From Elusimicrobiota bacterium (GTDB lineage Bacteria; Elusimicrobiota; Elusimicrobia; Elusimicrobiales; UBA9959): a stretch of DNA of 10,891 nt. A program made the position numbers and the translations under genes. Below, in pieces: positions 1 through 8,101 of this stretch. Positions within the stretch are counted from its first letter, which is position 1. Every line of letters begins with the position of its first letter. The stretch lies in assembly GCA_036574205.1 (NCBI GenBank), contig JAINCQ010000027.1, forward strand, positions 1 to 10,891. Reading direction: 5' to 3'. Below the pieces are notes generated by a model that worked only from the letters and a program-made list of their open reading frames with translations, searched no databases and had not been told where the DNA came from.

Positions 1-202
1 CAAGTAAATCTGTATTTTGATTATTGAAATAATATCTCCCTCCACTTTTTTTATTTAAGAATGATAGAATTTCAAGCAGTGTTGTTTTCCCTATTCCAGA
101 ACGCCCCTTTATCAGGCAAAACTCACCTTCATCTATTGAAAAATCAGGAAAAGAAATTACATTCTTATCATAAATTTTTATTATCTGTTGTAATAAAATC
201 AT
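1..202 (-). CDS. ABC transporter ATP-binding protein (LolD/MacB-like), 5' part; runs off the window edge
   Basis: Manual translation from the ATG at 202 gives MILLQQIIKIYDKNVISFPDFSIDEGEFCLIKGRSGIGKTTLLEILSFLNKKSGGRYYFNNQNTDLL, with Walker A GRSGIGKTT in a typical ABC N-terminal context. Not in the ORF track. Confidence 0.9.
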   Translation of the reverse strand, partial: MILLQQIIKIYDKNVISFPDFSIDEGEFCLIKGRSGIGKTTLLEILSFLNKKSGGRYYFNNQNTDLL

Positions 203-221
203 CTTATCATAATAATTTTAT

Positions 222-255
222 AAAAAAACAGCCGGGAAATAATTCCCCGGCTGTT
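222..255 (-). terminator. Rho-independent terminator downstream of ORF 291..1103
   Basis: On the minus strand the stem AACAGCCGGG/CCCGGCTGTT (246-255 / 227-236) runs into a T7 tract. Confidence 0.85.
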
Positions 256-290
256 AGTAATGGTTATATTTTTACTCAGAGCTGCTACTA

Positions 291-1103
291 TTATTTATTG
301 TTGTATTCGTCTTTGCAATCCCGGTAACATGTAACTCCAGGTTTAGTGGGATGATGCATATTGTCTGGACTTGCAAGACAACAAACAAGCCTACATATTA
401 ATTCGCCCACTACTTCATTGCCTTCCCAGCAATCGCCAAAACTATACGGGGGATAAGCGAACTTAACTTTCCTCATGTTGGGGAAATAGACTTCAGCTAA
501 CCCCTTAGAATTTATATTTATAATAGGAGTATCTCCTTTTTTTATGAATTTGTCCGTAGAAATACTCCCGATTCTTTTGAAACCCCATTTGAGATAATAT
601 CCTTTCGTTTCGAAAAGCTTCTCATTTCTGGTTGCTTCATTGTCTGTCTGCGGTTTTACGAGATCTTTTTCGCCAAAAACTATTTCATAGCTATTGCTTA
701 CATCAAAGATAAATTCTTTTTCTCCCATTGAGGAGTCAAACCAGTTCGCTACACTTTTCATAAGCTCTATTTTTATGGCTACTTTTTCACCGGCATATTC
801 ATTAGCCCACTTATCATTCAGCTTAAAAGTATATTTTTTTGTTTCTTTATCATAGCTAAACTCTGTATAGTTAATACCCTCAGGGTCTGGTTTTGTGGGT
901 ATTTTATACTCTGGACTCAGCACAAATAATGCATCATTATATCCAGTTTTGGAAACCTTATATTTATAACCAGCTTCTATCGTATATATATCAAGCCACT
1001 GCCCTTCTAAACAAACCTCAAATGTTTCCTTTTCCCATGGGAAAATCTTTCTTTTAAAATAGAACTTTAGGCACTTTTTATCATAAATAGATGGTATCAG
1101 GAT
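291..1103 (-). CDS. Hypothetical protein, probably 5'-truncated or start-less, with a Cys-rich C-terminal tail (ORF track calls 291..923 from GTG)
   Basis: The frame stays open for 60 codons upstream of the GTG at 923 (ILIPSIYDKKCLKFYFKRKIFPWEKETFEVCLEGQWLDIYTIEAGYKYKVSKTGYNDALF) up to the TAA at 1104-1106. That stretch has no in-frame ATG/GTG/TTG, and there is no SD before the GTG. Confidence 0.6.
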   Translation of the reverse strand: MLIPSIYDKKCLKFYFKRKIFPWEKETFEVCLEGQWLDIYTIEAGYKYKVSKTGYNDALFVLSPEYKIPTKPDPEGINYTEFSYDKETKKYTFKLNDKWANEYAGEKVAIKIELMKSVANWFDSSMGEKEFIFDVSNSYEIVFGEKDLVKPQTDNEATRNEKLFETKGYYLKWGFKRIGSISTDKFIKKGDTPIININSKGLAEVYFPNMRKVKFAYPPYSFGDCWEGNEVVGELICRLVCCLASPDNMHHPTKPGVTCYRDCKDEYNNK

Positions 1104-2195
1104 TTATTCTACAACTACTTCTTTGGGTTGTGTAAATTCCCCCTCAAAACCTATAAGATCTATATATGATATTCTAAAATAATATTTTCCCTTACCGACA
1201 TAATTCTCTAAATTTAGTTGCTTAAAAACGTCAAATTTCCTGTCAAAAATTATATTATTAAACTCTTTATCTTTTGCTATCTGCAATCTGTATCCACTTA
1301 CAGCCTTACTTAAATCAATATTGACATTTTGATCTATTTTTAAGTTCTTTGCTTTTGCCTGGTCTTTAATTTCAATATTCGCATCGCCAGCTTTTACATT
1401 TGCGTTTTGAACCCCGACATATTTAACGGAAACTATTCCACTACTTGCATCAAGGTCTAACCTTGCCATTTTCTGATCAGCTATGATGTCTGGTATTTTT
1501 TTGGGCAAAGACGGAGTTGAATTAATCTTTACTTCAGTCGCAAAACCTTCCTGTAATTCAACTTTTTTCCCTTTTGCTTCTACATCCGCTTTTCCTTTAT
1601 ATACCTGAACAACGGTTGAGAGATCTTCCTTTATTTTTGCAGCAACCTCAGTGTTTTTGGTTTTTGGAGTTATTTTAGCGGACACTGTTATTATACTTGT
1701 ATCCTTTGCCATAAGTTGTCCGGAAAGCATTTTGACATCAAATTTATCGTCTGCAGGTGGCTTTAAGACAACCATGGAATTGGCAAAAATATTCAAGATC
1801 TGTTTTGTATAAAACTCCACGTCTGCGTAAGAATTTGCGTTAGTTCGTATGGTATCTCCCTTGAAAAGGTCTTTTATTTTCTCAGCATCAACCCATATAG
1901 ATTTACCCTCAGACCTTACCCTAACCTCTCCTGATACCCTGCGGAACCTCGCCGCTCTGTACTCTTCCTTTATAAGATTTACTGGAACTTTTAATTTTCT
2001 TCCATCAAGAGGCTGGTAAGGGTCAGCGGGAAGATTATTATATTTTATTATCTCATCCCACCTCTGAGGATTTTTAAGATATATCTGCGAGAGTTCCCAC
2101 AATGTTTGCCCAGGTTTAACTTCAATAGTCTGAAACTCCTCGCAAAAGAGAATCTGCGTATAGATAGAAAAGAAAACAAAGATTATTAGCCTCAT
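1104..2195 (-). CDS. Exported LysM + FecR-like + Fn3/Ig-like domain protein
   Basis: Hydrophobic N-terminal signal; LysM (EVKPGQTLWELSQIYLKNPQRWDEIIKYNN...LKVP); FecR-like beta region (GDTIRTNANSYADVEF, TVVQVYKGKADV); Fn3-like C-terminus (YRLQIAKDKEF...GKYYFRISYID..GFEGEF). Confidence 0.8.
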   Translation of the reverse strand: MRLIIFVFFSIYTQILFCEEFQTIEVKPGQTLWELSQIYLKNPQRWDEIIKYNNLPADPYQPLDGRKLKVPVNLIKEEYRAARFRRVSGEVRVRSEGKSIWVDAEKIKDLFKGDTIRTNANSYADVEFYTKQILNIFANSMVVLKPPADDKFDVKMLSGQLMAKDTSIITVSAKITPKTKNTEVAAKIKEDLSTVVQVYKGKADVEAKGKKVELQEGFATEVKINSTPSLPKKIPDIIADQKMARLDLDASSGIVSVKYVGVQNANVKAGDANIEIKDQAKAKNLKIDQNVNIDLSKAVSGYRLQIAKDKEFNNIIFDRKFDVFKQLNLENYVGKGKYYFRISYIDLIGFEGEFTQPKEVVVE

Positions 2196-2201
2196 TCTTA
2201 T

Positions 2202-2210
2202 ATTTTAGCA
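2202..2210 (-). promoter_or_regulatory. Extended -10 promoter (TGcTAAAAT) 6 nt upstream of the LysM-FecR ATG; likely leaderless transcript
   Basis: Minus strand reads TGCTAAAAT-ATAAGA-ATG, with no Shine-Dalgarno. Confidence 0.55.
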
Positions 2211-2213
2211 GAG

Positions 2214-4313
2214 TTATACAGCTTTTACCACCCTTTGAAACTCATCTTTTGAAAGATTTAAAGGAAATTTAAAAACAAACTTTGCGCCCATATTAGCTCT
2301 ATACTCCGCCCATATTTTGCCGGAATGTGCCTCAATAATATGCTTTGAAATCGCAAGCCCCAGTCCAGTCCCCCCGGCTTTCTGCCCTTTTACCTGTTCA
2401 AACTTTGAAAAGATTTTGTCAATATATTCAAGCGGTATACCTTCTCCTGTATCTTCAACCCATGAGATAAACATTTCATCCTCCGCCTTAAAACCTATGG
2501 TTATTTTCCCATCGGAAGGAGTAAATTTAATCGCATTACCTATCAAATTTATATAAACCCTTTCCATAAGATTTTGATCAGCAGTTATTTCAAGTGACTG
2601 TGGACCGTTTATTTCAAAAGATATATTTTTTTTCTGCGCAAGCGGAGACATAAGTTCTACTGATTTCCTTACAAGTTCCACAATATTAAATCTGGATAAA
2701 TTAATCTCCATTTTGCCAGCTTCCATTTTAGCTATATCTAAAATATTATTAACCATCTGAAGCAACCTGAATGCTGCCCTATCAATAGAGACTATCATGT
2801 TTTTTTGGTTTTGATTTATTGGTCCAGCTATCTCCTTTAGCAAAAATTCTGAGAAACCCTTTATTGCACTTACCGGATTTCTCAAGTCATGGGTTATAGA
2901 ATGCAAGAAATCTTCTTTCATCCTTTCAAGTTCTTTATCCAGTGTTATATCATAAAAAGTTATTAAATACCCTATAACATCTTCACCTTCTTTCATTTTT
3001 ATATCAGTTATAACAACTTTATAAAATCTTTTATAATTTTTTGTTTCTGATTCAAATTCGCTTTGTCTTTTTTCATTTTTAACTGCATTTTCAACAGCCA
3101 TTTTGATAATTTCATCTTTAATAACCTCAAATACGTTTTTGTTTTCCAGATTATTATCCCCGCTGTTTATTATAAAAAGCGCTTTTCTATTTATTAATTG
3201 AATGTTAAAATAAATATCAACCATTATAATACCATCTTCAGTAGAATACATTACAGCTTCAGTATTTTTTCTCTCTCTCAAAATTTTCTCTATCTGTAAC
3301 CTTGAATATCTATCCAGCTCCTCAACCATTATATTAAAAGTATTTGCAAAATCTTCAAGTTCATCTCTGGTATTAGCTTCTACCCTCACAGTAAAATCTC
3401 TTTCAGCAACTTTCTTGGCAGCCTCTATAAACTTTATTATCGGGCCGGAAAGCCCTTTTGACAAAAAGTAGGATATAATAAAAACTATTACAGCAAATAT
3501 TGCAATAATTCTCAACGCCTCCGTTCTGATTGACATAGCATATCTATAAGCATCAGAAACATCCTGAACAGAAAGCACCAATAGTCCAATTTCTTTTATA
3601 TAGGAAATAGATCCGACATATCCTTTATCTTCACTGATGCTTTCAAAAGAACTTTCAACTTTATTTGTTAAATAGTTTGAAATCTCAAGACTATTAATTA
3701 TCTTTTCAATTAATTCATTTTTATAATTTGATCTTGAAAAAACAACCTCATTATTTGAGTCTATAAGCATTATAGCGCTATTATTTCCAACAGGTGTTAA
3801 ATCTATCTCACCGATAAAAATATTTTTATCAATATCAAATTTTATGTAGTAATTCTTTTTGTTATAAATCAGTAATATTTTATCAGGTCTAATTGAAAAA
3901 TACCTGTTTTTTTCTCTTATCATTTTTAACAAATCTGATGGTATATCGCTTAAAGCGCTTAATTTTTTGTTATTAGAGACTTTAACAACTTCCTGACCAG
4001 AGATATTTACCAGAGATACTGACATAACAGCTGGATTTGAACCAGTAATTGATGACATAAATTTTTGCCTCGCATCCCAATCGCCAGTGCTCATAAAAAA
4101 CGCTTCCATAAGAGATGCTAAAGCATCAAATCTCCCTATTTCAGCAATAGCTAATTTTTTTACTCCATCCACATTTCTTTTATGGATTTCTAAAATCTGA
4201 GTTTTTAAGCTAAACTGAGATTTGCTTATAAGCTTAATACCAACCCATAAAAGCGGCATAAGAGTAAATATCAATATAAGGGTAAGAAATTTGTAAAATA
4301 TTTTAAATCTCAT
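2214..4313 (-). CDS. Membrane sensor histidine kinase (TM, extracytoplasmic Cache-like, TM, HAMP, PAS, HisKA, HATPase_c)
   Basis: Two TM segments; HAMP (PIIKFIEAAKKVAERDF...RDELEDFANTFNIM); H-box SITHDLRNP; N-box NLIGNAIKFT; G1 DTGEGI; F-box; G2 GGTGLGLAI. ATGA overlap with the upstream ORF at 4310-4313. Confidence 0.95.
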   Translation of the reverse strand: MRFKIFYKFLTLILIFTLMPLLWVGIKLISKSQFSLKTQILEIHKRNVDGVKKLAIAEIGRFDALASLMEAFFMSTGDWDARQKFMSSITGSNPAVMSVSLVNISGQEVVKVSNNKKLSALSDIPSDLLKMIREKNRYFSIRPDKILLIYNKKNYYIKFDIDKNIFIGEIDLTPVGNNSAIMLIDSNNEVVFSRSNYKNELIEKIINSLEISNYLTNKVESSFESISEDKGYVGSISYIKEIGLLVLSVQDVSDAYRYAMSIRTEALRIIAIFAVIVFIISYFLSKGLSGPIIKFIEAAKKVAERDFTVRVEANTRDELEDFANTFNIMVEELDRYSRLQIEKILRERKNTEAVMYSTEDGIIMVDIYFNIQLINRKALFIINSGDNNLENKNVFEVIKDEIIKMAVENAVKNEKRQSEFESETKNYKRFYKVVITDIKMKEGEDVIGYLITFYDITLDKELERMKEDFLHSITHDLRNPVSAIKGFSEFLLKEIAGPINQNQKNMIVSIDRAAFRLLQMVNNILDIAKMEAGKMEINLSRFNIVELVRKSVELMSPLAQKKNISFEINGPQSLEITADQNLMERVYINLIGNAIKFTPSDGKITIGFKAEDEMFISWVEDTGEGIPLEYIDKIFSKFEQVKGQKAGGTGLGLAISKHIIEAHSGKIWAEYRANMGAKFVFKFPLNLSKDEFQRVVKAV

Positions 4314-4783
4314 AGCACAGAAAGATTCTGAGATAGACCTTTTAAATAAACTTCTATTCTATAAAATAATGATTCAAGTTTAAAAATATTTTTTTTAAAT
4401 TCATTTTTCTTTTTATTTATCTTCTTAATCTCTTTTATAATTTTTATCGCATCTTCAATCTCAAATTTGATTTGATATATCTGAGATCTTATCTCAGCGT
4501 TCTTATATGAAGAATAAATATAATTAAGCTTTTCTATAGTTTTTAAAGCAAAATCCTCCATATTAATTATATCTTTATATTTTATGCTCTCTATTTTATT
4601 GCTTTCAATAGCCTTTTCAAGAATAAGCTTGTAATTTGAATAGACATTTGATATTCTTAAAATCGTTATATAATCTCTTGTTTCAAAGATATTATCATAG
4701 CCTGAGTTTGTAAAATCTCCAGATAAACATTTATGTGGCAATAACAAAAATAGGAAAAAGAAGAAATTTTTATAAAAATCCAT
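4310..4783 (-). CDS. Hypothetical exported alpha-helical protein
   Basis: 157-aa ORF with a signal-peptide-like N-terminus (FFFFLFLLLPHKCLS). It overlaps rdgB by 14 nt and the kinase by 4 nt, implying translational coupling. Confidence 0.65.
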   Translation of the reverse strand: MDFYKNFFFFLFLLLPHKCLSGDFTNSGYDNIFETRDYITILRISNVYSNYKLILEKAIESNKIESIKYKDIINMEDFALKTIEKLNYIYSSYKNAEIRSQIYQIKFEIEDAIKIIKEIKKINKKKNEFKKNIFKLESLFYRIEVYLKGLSQNLSVL

Positions 4784-5384
4784 TATTCACAATCCTTTCT
4801 ATATGAGGTTTTATCTTAAAAATGGCTTTTGCTCTATGACTTATTTTGTTTTTAGTTTCCGGTAAGATTTCAGCAAATGTCTTATTTTGTTCAGGAACAT
4901 AAAAAAGAGGATCATATCCAAAACCATTTGATCCTCTAATTGTTTCAGTTATATATCCATTTATCTCTCCAACCTCGGTAATAAATTTTCCATCACTTGA
5001 TGCAATAGTCATAGCGCATCTAAAAACTGCTTTTCGCTCCTCGTATCTTTTCCCTTCCAACTCCTTTAAAAGCTTGATGTTATTATCCATATAAGTTGCG
5101 TTATCTCCTGCATATCTTGCTGAATATACACCGGGTCTGTCTCCAAGCGCTGAAACAAAAAGTCCACTATCATCAGCAAGCGAATAAAGTCCAGTGTGCT
5201 TTGCAATAACTAATGCCTTCTTTTGCGAATTACCTTCTATTGTAGGTTCATCTTCTACTACATCAGGGATATCTTTGTAATCAAGAAAGGTTTTAAATAT
5301 AAGATTCGGGAAATTAATTATATTTCTTATCTCTCTAATTTTATCAAGATTTTTAGTTGCAATCATTATTTCAACCATTTTCAT
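4770..5384 (-). CDS. rdgB: Non-canonical purine NTP pyrophosphatase (XTP/dITP diphosphatase, Ham1 family)
   Basis: Motifs ATKNLDKIRE, ADDSGLFV, PGVYSARYAG, GFGYDPLF and SHRAKA. The true start may be the Met at 5378. Confidence 0.95.
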   Translation of the reverse strand: MKMVEIMIATKNLDKIREIRNIINFPNLIFKTFLDYKDIPDVVEDEPTIEGNSQKKALVIAKHTGLYSLADDSGLFVSALGDRPGVYSARYAGDNATYMDNNIKLLKELEGKRYEERKAVFRCAMTIASSDGKFITEVGEINGYITETIRGSNGFGYDPLFYVPEQNKTFAEILPETKNKISHRAKAIFKIKPHIERIVNNGFL

Positions 5385-5391
5385 AACAAAC

Positions 5392-5422
5392 TTGAAAAAA
5401 TAATCTCAAAAAAATATAAAAT
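5392..5422 (+). promoter_or_regulatory. Putative sigma70 promoter for the TPR protein (near-leaderless)
   Basis: TTGAAA (5392-5397), 17 nt, TATAAA (5415-5420), with an overlapping TAAAAT (5417-5422) 7 nt before the ATG at 5430. No SD. Confidence 0.45.
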
Positions 5423-5429
5423 TTAAATA

Positions 5430-7493
5430 ATGCAAGACTTAAACAATAATACCATTAATCAAATTTTAAATAATTTTAAGGAAATTTCAAAACTTTATTT
5501 AACTTTAGAGAATATAAATAAAAACGGAAACAACATTCTTACAGCTGTTTCAAAACATCAACTGACAATTTATACGTCGGAAAAAAACATTAAAAAGCCA
5601 TACTATTCCAATAAAGCTTTTACCGTTCTTTCAATGCTTTTAAATAGCAACACTTTAGTGAATGTTAAATTAAAATGCGAAACCAATGAATATGATATTG
5701 GGAAAAAAGAACTTTCATTATTGGCGGGATATATTGAAAGCATAGACCATCCACATTTGAGCTTTGAAAAAGCACTTTTTGAATGCAGATTTCATTTAGC
5801 ACATTATCTCTCAACAATACAAAAAACGGATGAGATTCTTTTAGCAAAAGCTTATCTTATGACAGGATTTATAGAGGATGCGATAAAGATTCTTGAGGGT
5901 AAAAATGATGAAAAATACATTATAGAACTTGCAAGAATATACAGGGAAATAGGAGATATAAAAAAAGCTATTTCTTTACTTTCAAATTTAAAATCAAAAG
6001 ACCTTGAAGCGGAAAGAAATATAGAATATGGATGGCTTCATTTTGAAGCAAAAAATTTTGCCAATTCTCATAAAATATTTTCCTACTATAAAGATGGCAT
6101 ACAGGATACACTTGCTGCAAATGTTTTATATGGATTTGCCATTTCTACCTTAAACATAAACGAAAAAGATTTCACTCTTGCTATAGAATCTCTAAAAAAG
6201 GCAGCGGAGATTGAGAGTATTTACAAGCTAAAAATTCTTGAAAAAATGGCTTTAGTCTATATTGATATGAAAGACTATATTAAAGCATATGAATGTTTTC
6301 AAAAAATTCATTCAATTTCTCCATCTGCTAAAATTCTTTCAAATCTGGCATTTTGTGATTTCGCCATTTCAAGAATAAATACCGCAATCAAAGAAACATA
6401 TGAATGTGGAGTCTTTGAACCAGATCTTGCAGCCAGATTAATGGCAAATGCCGAATTTAAAAAAGCTACAAAAACATATCCTGAAACGTTTTTTATACAA
6501 GAAGAAAAAAGTGCGGAAAATCCAGATGAAATAATAGAGGCCGTCTTAACCCCAGAAGAAACAATAAAATCTCCCAAAACCAGCACAATAAAAATCGAGA
6601 AAGAAACGAAACAGTCTTTACGGTTTGATTTATCAGGTATATCTGGAGAAAAAGATTTTTTATCAGTGCTTTCATCTGAGGCATTTTCTTTTTCAAAAAC
6701 CATTGAAGAAGAATTTAATAAAAAAATATATTTTAACTATGAGGGGCTTGATGATATAGAGAGAAAAATAAGAATAACATACATGAGCGAAATACAAGCT
6801 CAGGAAAAAACTTCAATTATCAAAGGTGCATCATCTTTTATTATGTTTTTTGTCAAAGAAAGATTTAAAGCCAATATAATAGCTTATAACGATCTTGATA
6901 TATGGGCATGGCCTGCTATAATCAGAAATAAAAATGAAAAAGAAATTGTTACCTATCCAGCATCAAGAATATGGCAGGTTTGGTGGGCAAATGCCCTGCC
7001 TGAACAAGGATGGCTAAGAAAATATATAGAATATATAAACGAATTTATGAATTCAACTGGCGAAACTTTAAGTGGAAAAGATGCAATATTAAATAAAAAA
7101 AAGAGCCATCCGCAAGCTATATTTGACGCTCAAATGGAACACAATAAACTTATTCTGATATCCCAGGATATAGAAGAAACATCAAATATACCTCATAACT
7201 CCTCAGCCATAATAAAGCTTGAAAAAGAAATAAGAAAAAGATATAAACCTAATGTTCCACCAACTAGAGATGGATGGAGAATATTGAGATGTTATGCTCA
7301 TATTTTTCTTGAAATGATTCTAAAGGATTTTCACTTAGAATGGTATAATGTTGAAAAAAACGATGGACTCTGGTCATTTTCCCTATCCAATTCCTTTATA
7401 TTTCCAATAGGCAAGGTTTACAAAGCAGCTTCTTACGGAGAAAGCCTTATGGAATATTATGAGATATTGTTAAAAAACTTTAAGAAAAGATAA
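5430..7493 (+). CDS. Tetratricopeptide-repeat protein with an uncharacterised duplicated C-terminal domain
   Basis: 687-aa ORF with TPR-like helices (LAKAYLMTGFIEDAIKIL, LARIYREIGDIKKAISLL, MALVYIDMKDYIKAYECFQKI), a low-complexity linker and two similar C-terminal modules. Confidence 0.75.
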   Translation: MQDLNNNTINQILNNFKEISKLYLTLENINKNGNNILTAVSKHQLTIYTSEKNIKKPYYSNKAFTVLSMLLNSNTLVNVKLKCETNEYDIGKKELSLLAGYIESIDHPHLSFEKALFECRFHLAHYLSTIQKTDEILLAKAYLMTGFIEDAIKILEGKNDEKYIIELARIYREIGDIKKAISLLSNLKSKDLEAERNIEYGWLHFEAKNFANSHKIFSYYKDGIQDTLAANVLYGFAISTLNINEKDFTLAIESLKKAAEIESIYKLKILEKMALVYIDMKDYIKAYECFQKIHSISPSAKILSNLAFCDFAISRINTAIKETYECGVFEPDLAARLMANAEFKKATKTYPETFFIQEEKSAENPDEIIEAVLTPEETIKSPKTSTIKIEKETKQSLRFDLSGISGEKDFLSVLSSEAFSFSKTIEEEFNKKIYFNYEGLDDIERKIRITYMSEIQAQEKTSIIKGASSFIMFFVKERFKANIIAYNDLDIWAWPAIIRNKNEKEIVTYPASRIWQVWWANALPEQGWLRKYIEYINEFMNSTGETLSGKDAILNKKKSHPQAIFDAQMEHNKLILISQDIEETSNIPHNSSAIIKLEKEIRKRYKPNVPPTRDGWRILRCYAHIFLEMILKDFHLEWYNVEKNDGLWSFSLSNSFIFPIGKVYKAASYGESLMEYYEILLKNFKKR

Positions 7494-7503
7494 ATTAAAA
7501 TAA

Positions 7504-7530
7504 TTAGCACTCTTGACAAATGACTGCTAA
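7504..7530 (+). promoter_or_regulatory. CIRCE operator 1 (HrcA site) overlapping the -35 box
   Basis: TTAGCACTC-N9-GACTGCTAA, one mismatch to the consensus TTAGCACTC-N9-GAGTGCTAA, upstream of a heat-shock gene. Confidence 0.9.
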
Positions 7531-7541
7531 TATGTTATAAT
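7513..7541 (+). promoter_or_regulatory. Consensus sigma70 promoter of hsp20
   Basis: TTGACA (7513-7518), 17 nt, TATAAT (7536-7541) with an extended TG at 7533-7534. SD AAGGAGG at 7575-7581. Confidence 0.9.
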
Positions 7542-7545
7542 ATTT

Positions 7546-7572
7546 TTAGCAGTTAACACTATTAACTGCTAA
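7546..7572 (+). promoter_or_regulatory. CIRCE-like operator 2 at the predicted transcription start / 5' UTR
   Basis: TTAGCAGTT-N9-AACTGCTAA, a perfect inverted repeat with CIRCE spacing; it extends to 14-bp arms (7543-7556 / 7562-7575). Confidence 0.75.
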
Positions 7573-7585
7573 AAAAGGAGGGATT

Positions 7586-8005
7586 ATGAAAAAAGAAATA
7601 CTACCACTAATTAGAACAAACCTGATTGATAGGTGGTTTGATGATATATTAGAAGATATGAGATATCCATCATTGCTTGAAAAAAATCCTAAAATAGACA
7701 TGAAAGAAACTGATAAAGAAATAATAATAAATGCTGAAATAGCCGGGGTAGACAAAAAAGATATCAAACTGGACTTAAACGATAACCTGCTTACAATATC
7801 TTACGAAAAGAAACAGGAAAAAGATGAAAAAGACAAAGGTGGATGGAGGATTATTGAAAGAAGCTATGGAAGTTTTTCAAGAACAATAACACTTCCTCAA
7901 TCCGTAAAAAATGAATCTGCAAAAGCTACATATAAAGACGGAGTGTTGAAAATAACACTTCAGAAACAAAAAGAAACAAAAACAAATCAAATAAATATAG
8001 AATAA
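7586..8005 (+). CDS. Small heat shock protein, Hsp20/alpha-crystallin family
   Basis: PKIDMKETDKEIIINAEIAGV, ERSYGSFSRTITLP, ATYKDGVLKITL and a C-terminal IxI motif (QINIE). Strong SD and CIRCE upstream. Confidence 0.95.
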   Translation: MKKEILPLIRTNLIDRWFDDILEDMRYPSLLEKNPKIDMKETDKEIIINAEIAGVDKKDIKLDLNDNLLTISYEKKQEKDEKDKGGWRIIERSYGSFSRTITLPQSVKNESAKATYKDGVLKITLQKQKETKTNQINIE

Positions 8006-8010
8006 TTATT

Positions 8011-8035
8011 AAGGGGGGAGAAATCCCCCCTTTTT
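8011..8035 (+). terminator. Rho-independent terminator of hsp20 (possibly bidirectional, also serving rplA)
   Basis: AAGGGGGGA-GAAA-TCCCCCC-TTTTT: a G6/C6 stem, GNRA loop and T-tract. Confidence 0.9.
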
Positions 8036-8101
8036 AAAATTTGGGATTCAAATTATAGATTTTTTGCTATAAGCCCAAAAATTTAGAATTGCATTTTAGG
8101 G

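Noticed and set aside
61..327. 88-aa plus-strand ORF
   Set aside because: It is antisense to the ABC ATPase 5' end and spans a terminator, so it is a shadow ORF.
7543..7575. Inverted repeat as terminator of the TPR gene
   Set aside because: It is followed by A-tracts rather than U-tracts on both strands and is better explained as a CIRCE-like operator.
8040..8079. Bulged hairpin TTTGGG..TTATAG/CTATAA..CCCAAA downstream of rplA as an L10 leader remnant
   Set aside because: It is AT-rich and weak, lacks the L10-leader kink-turn features, and no rplJ follows. At most it is a weak 3' end structure.
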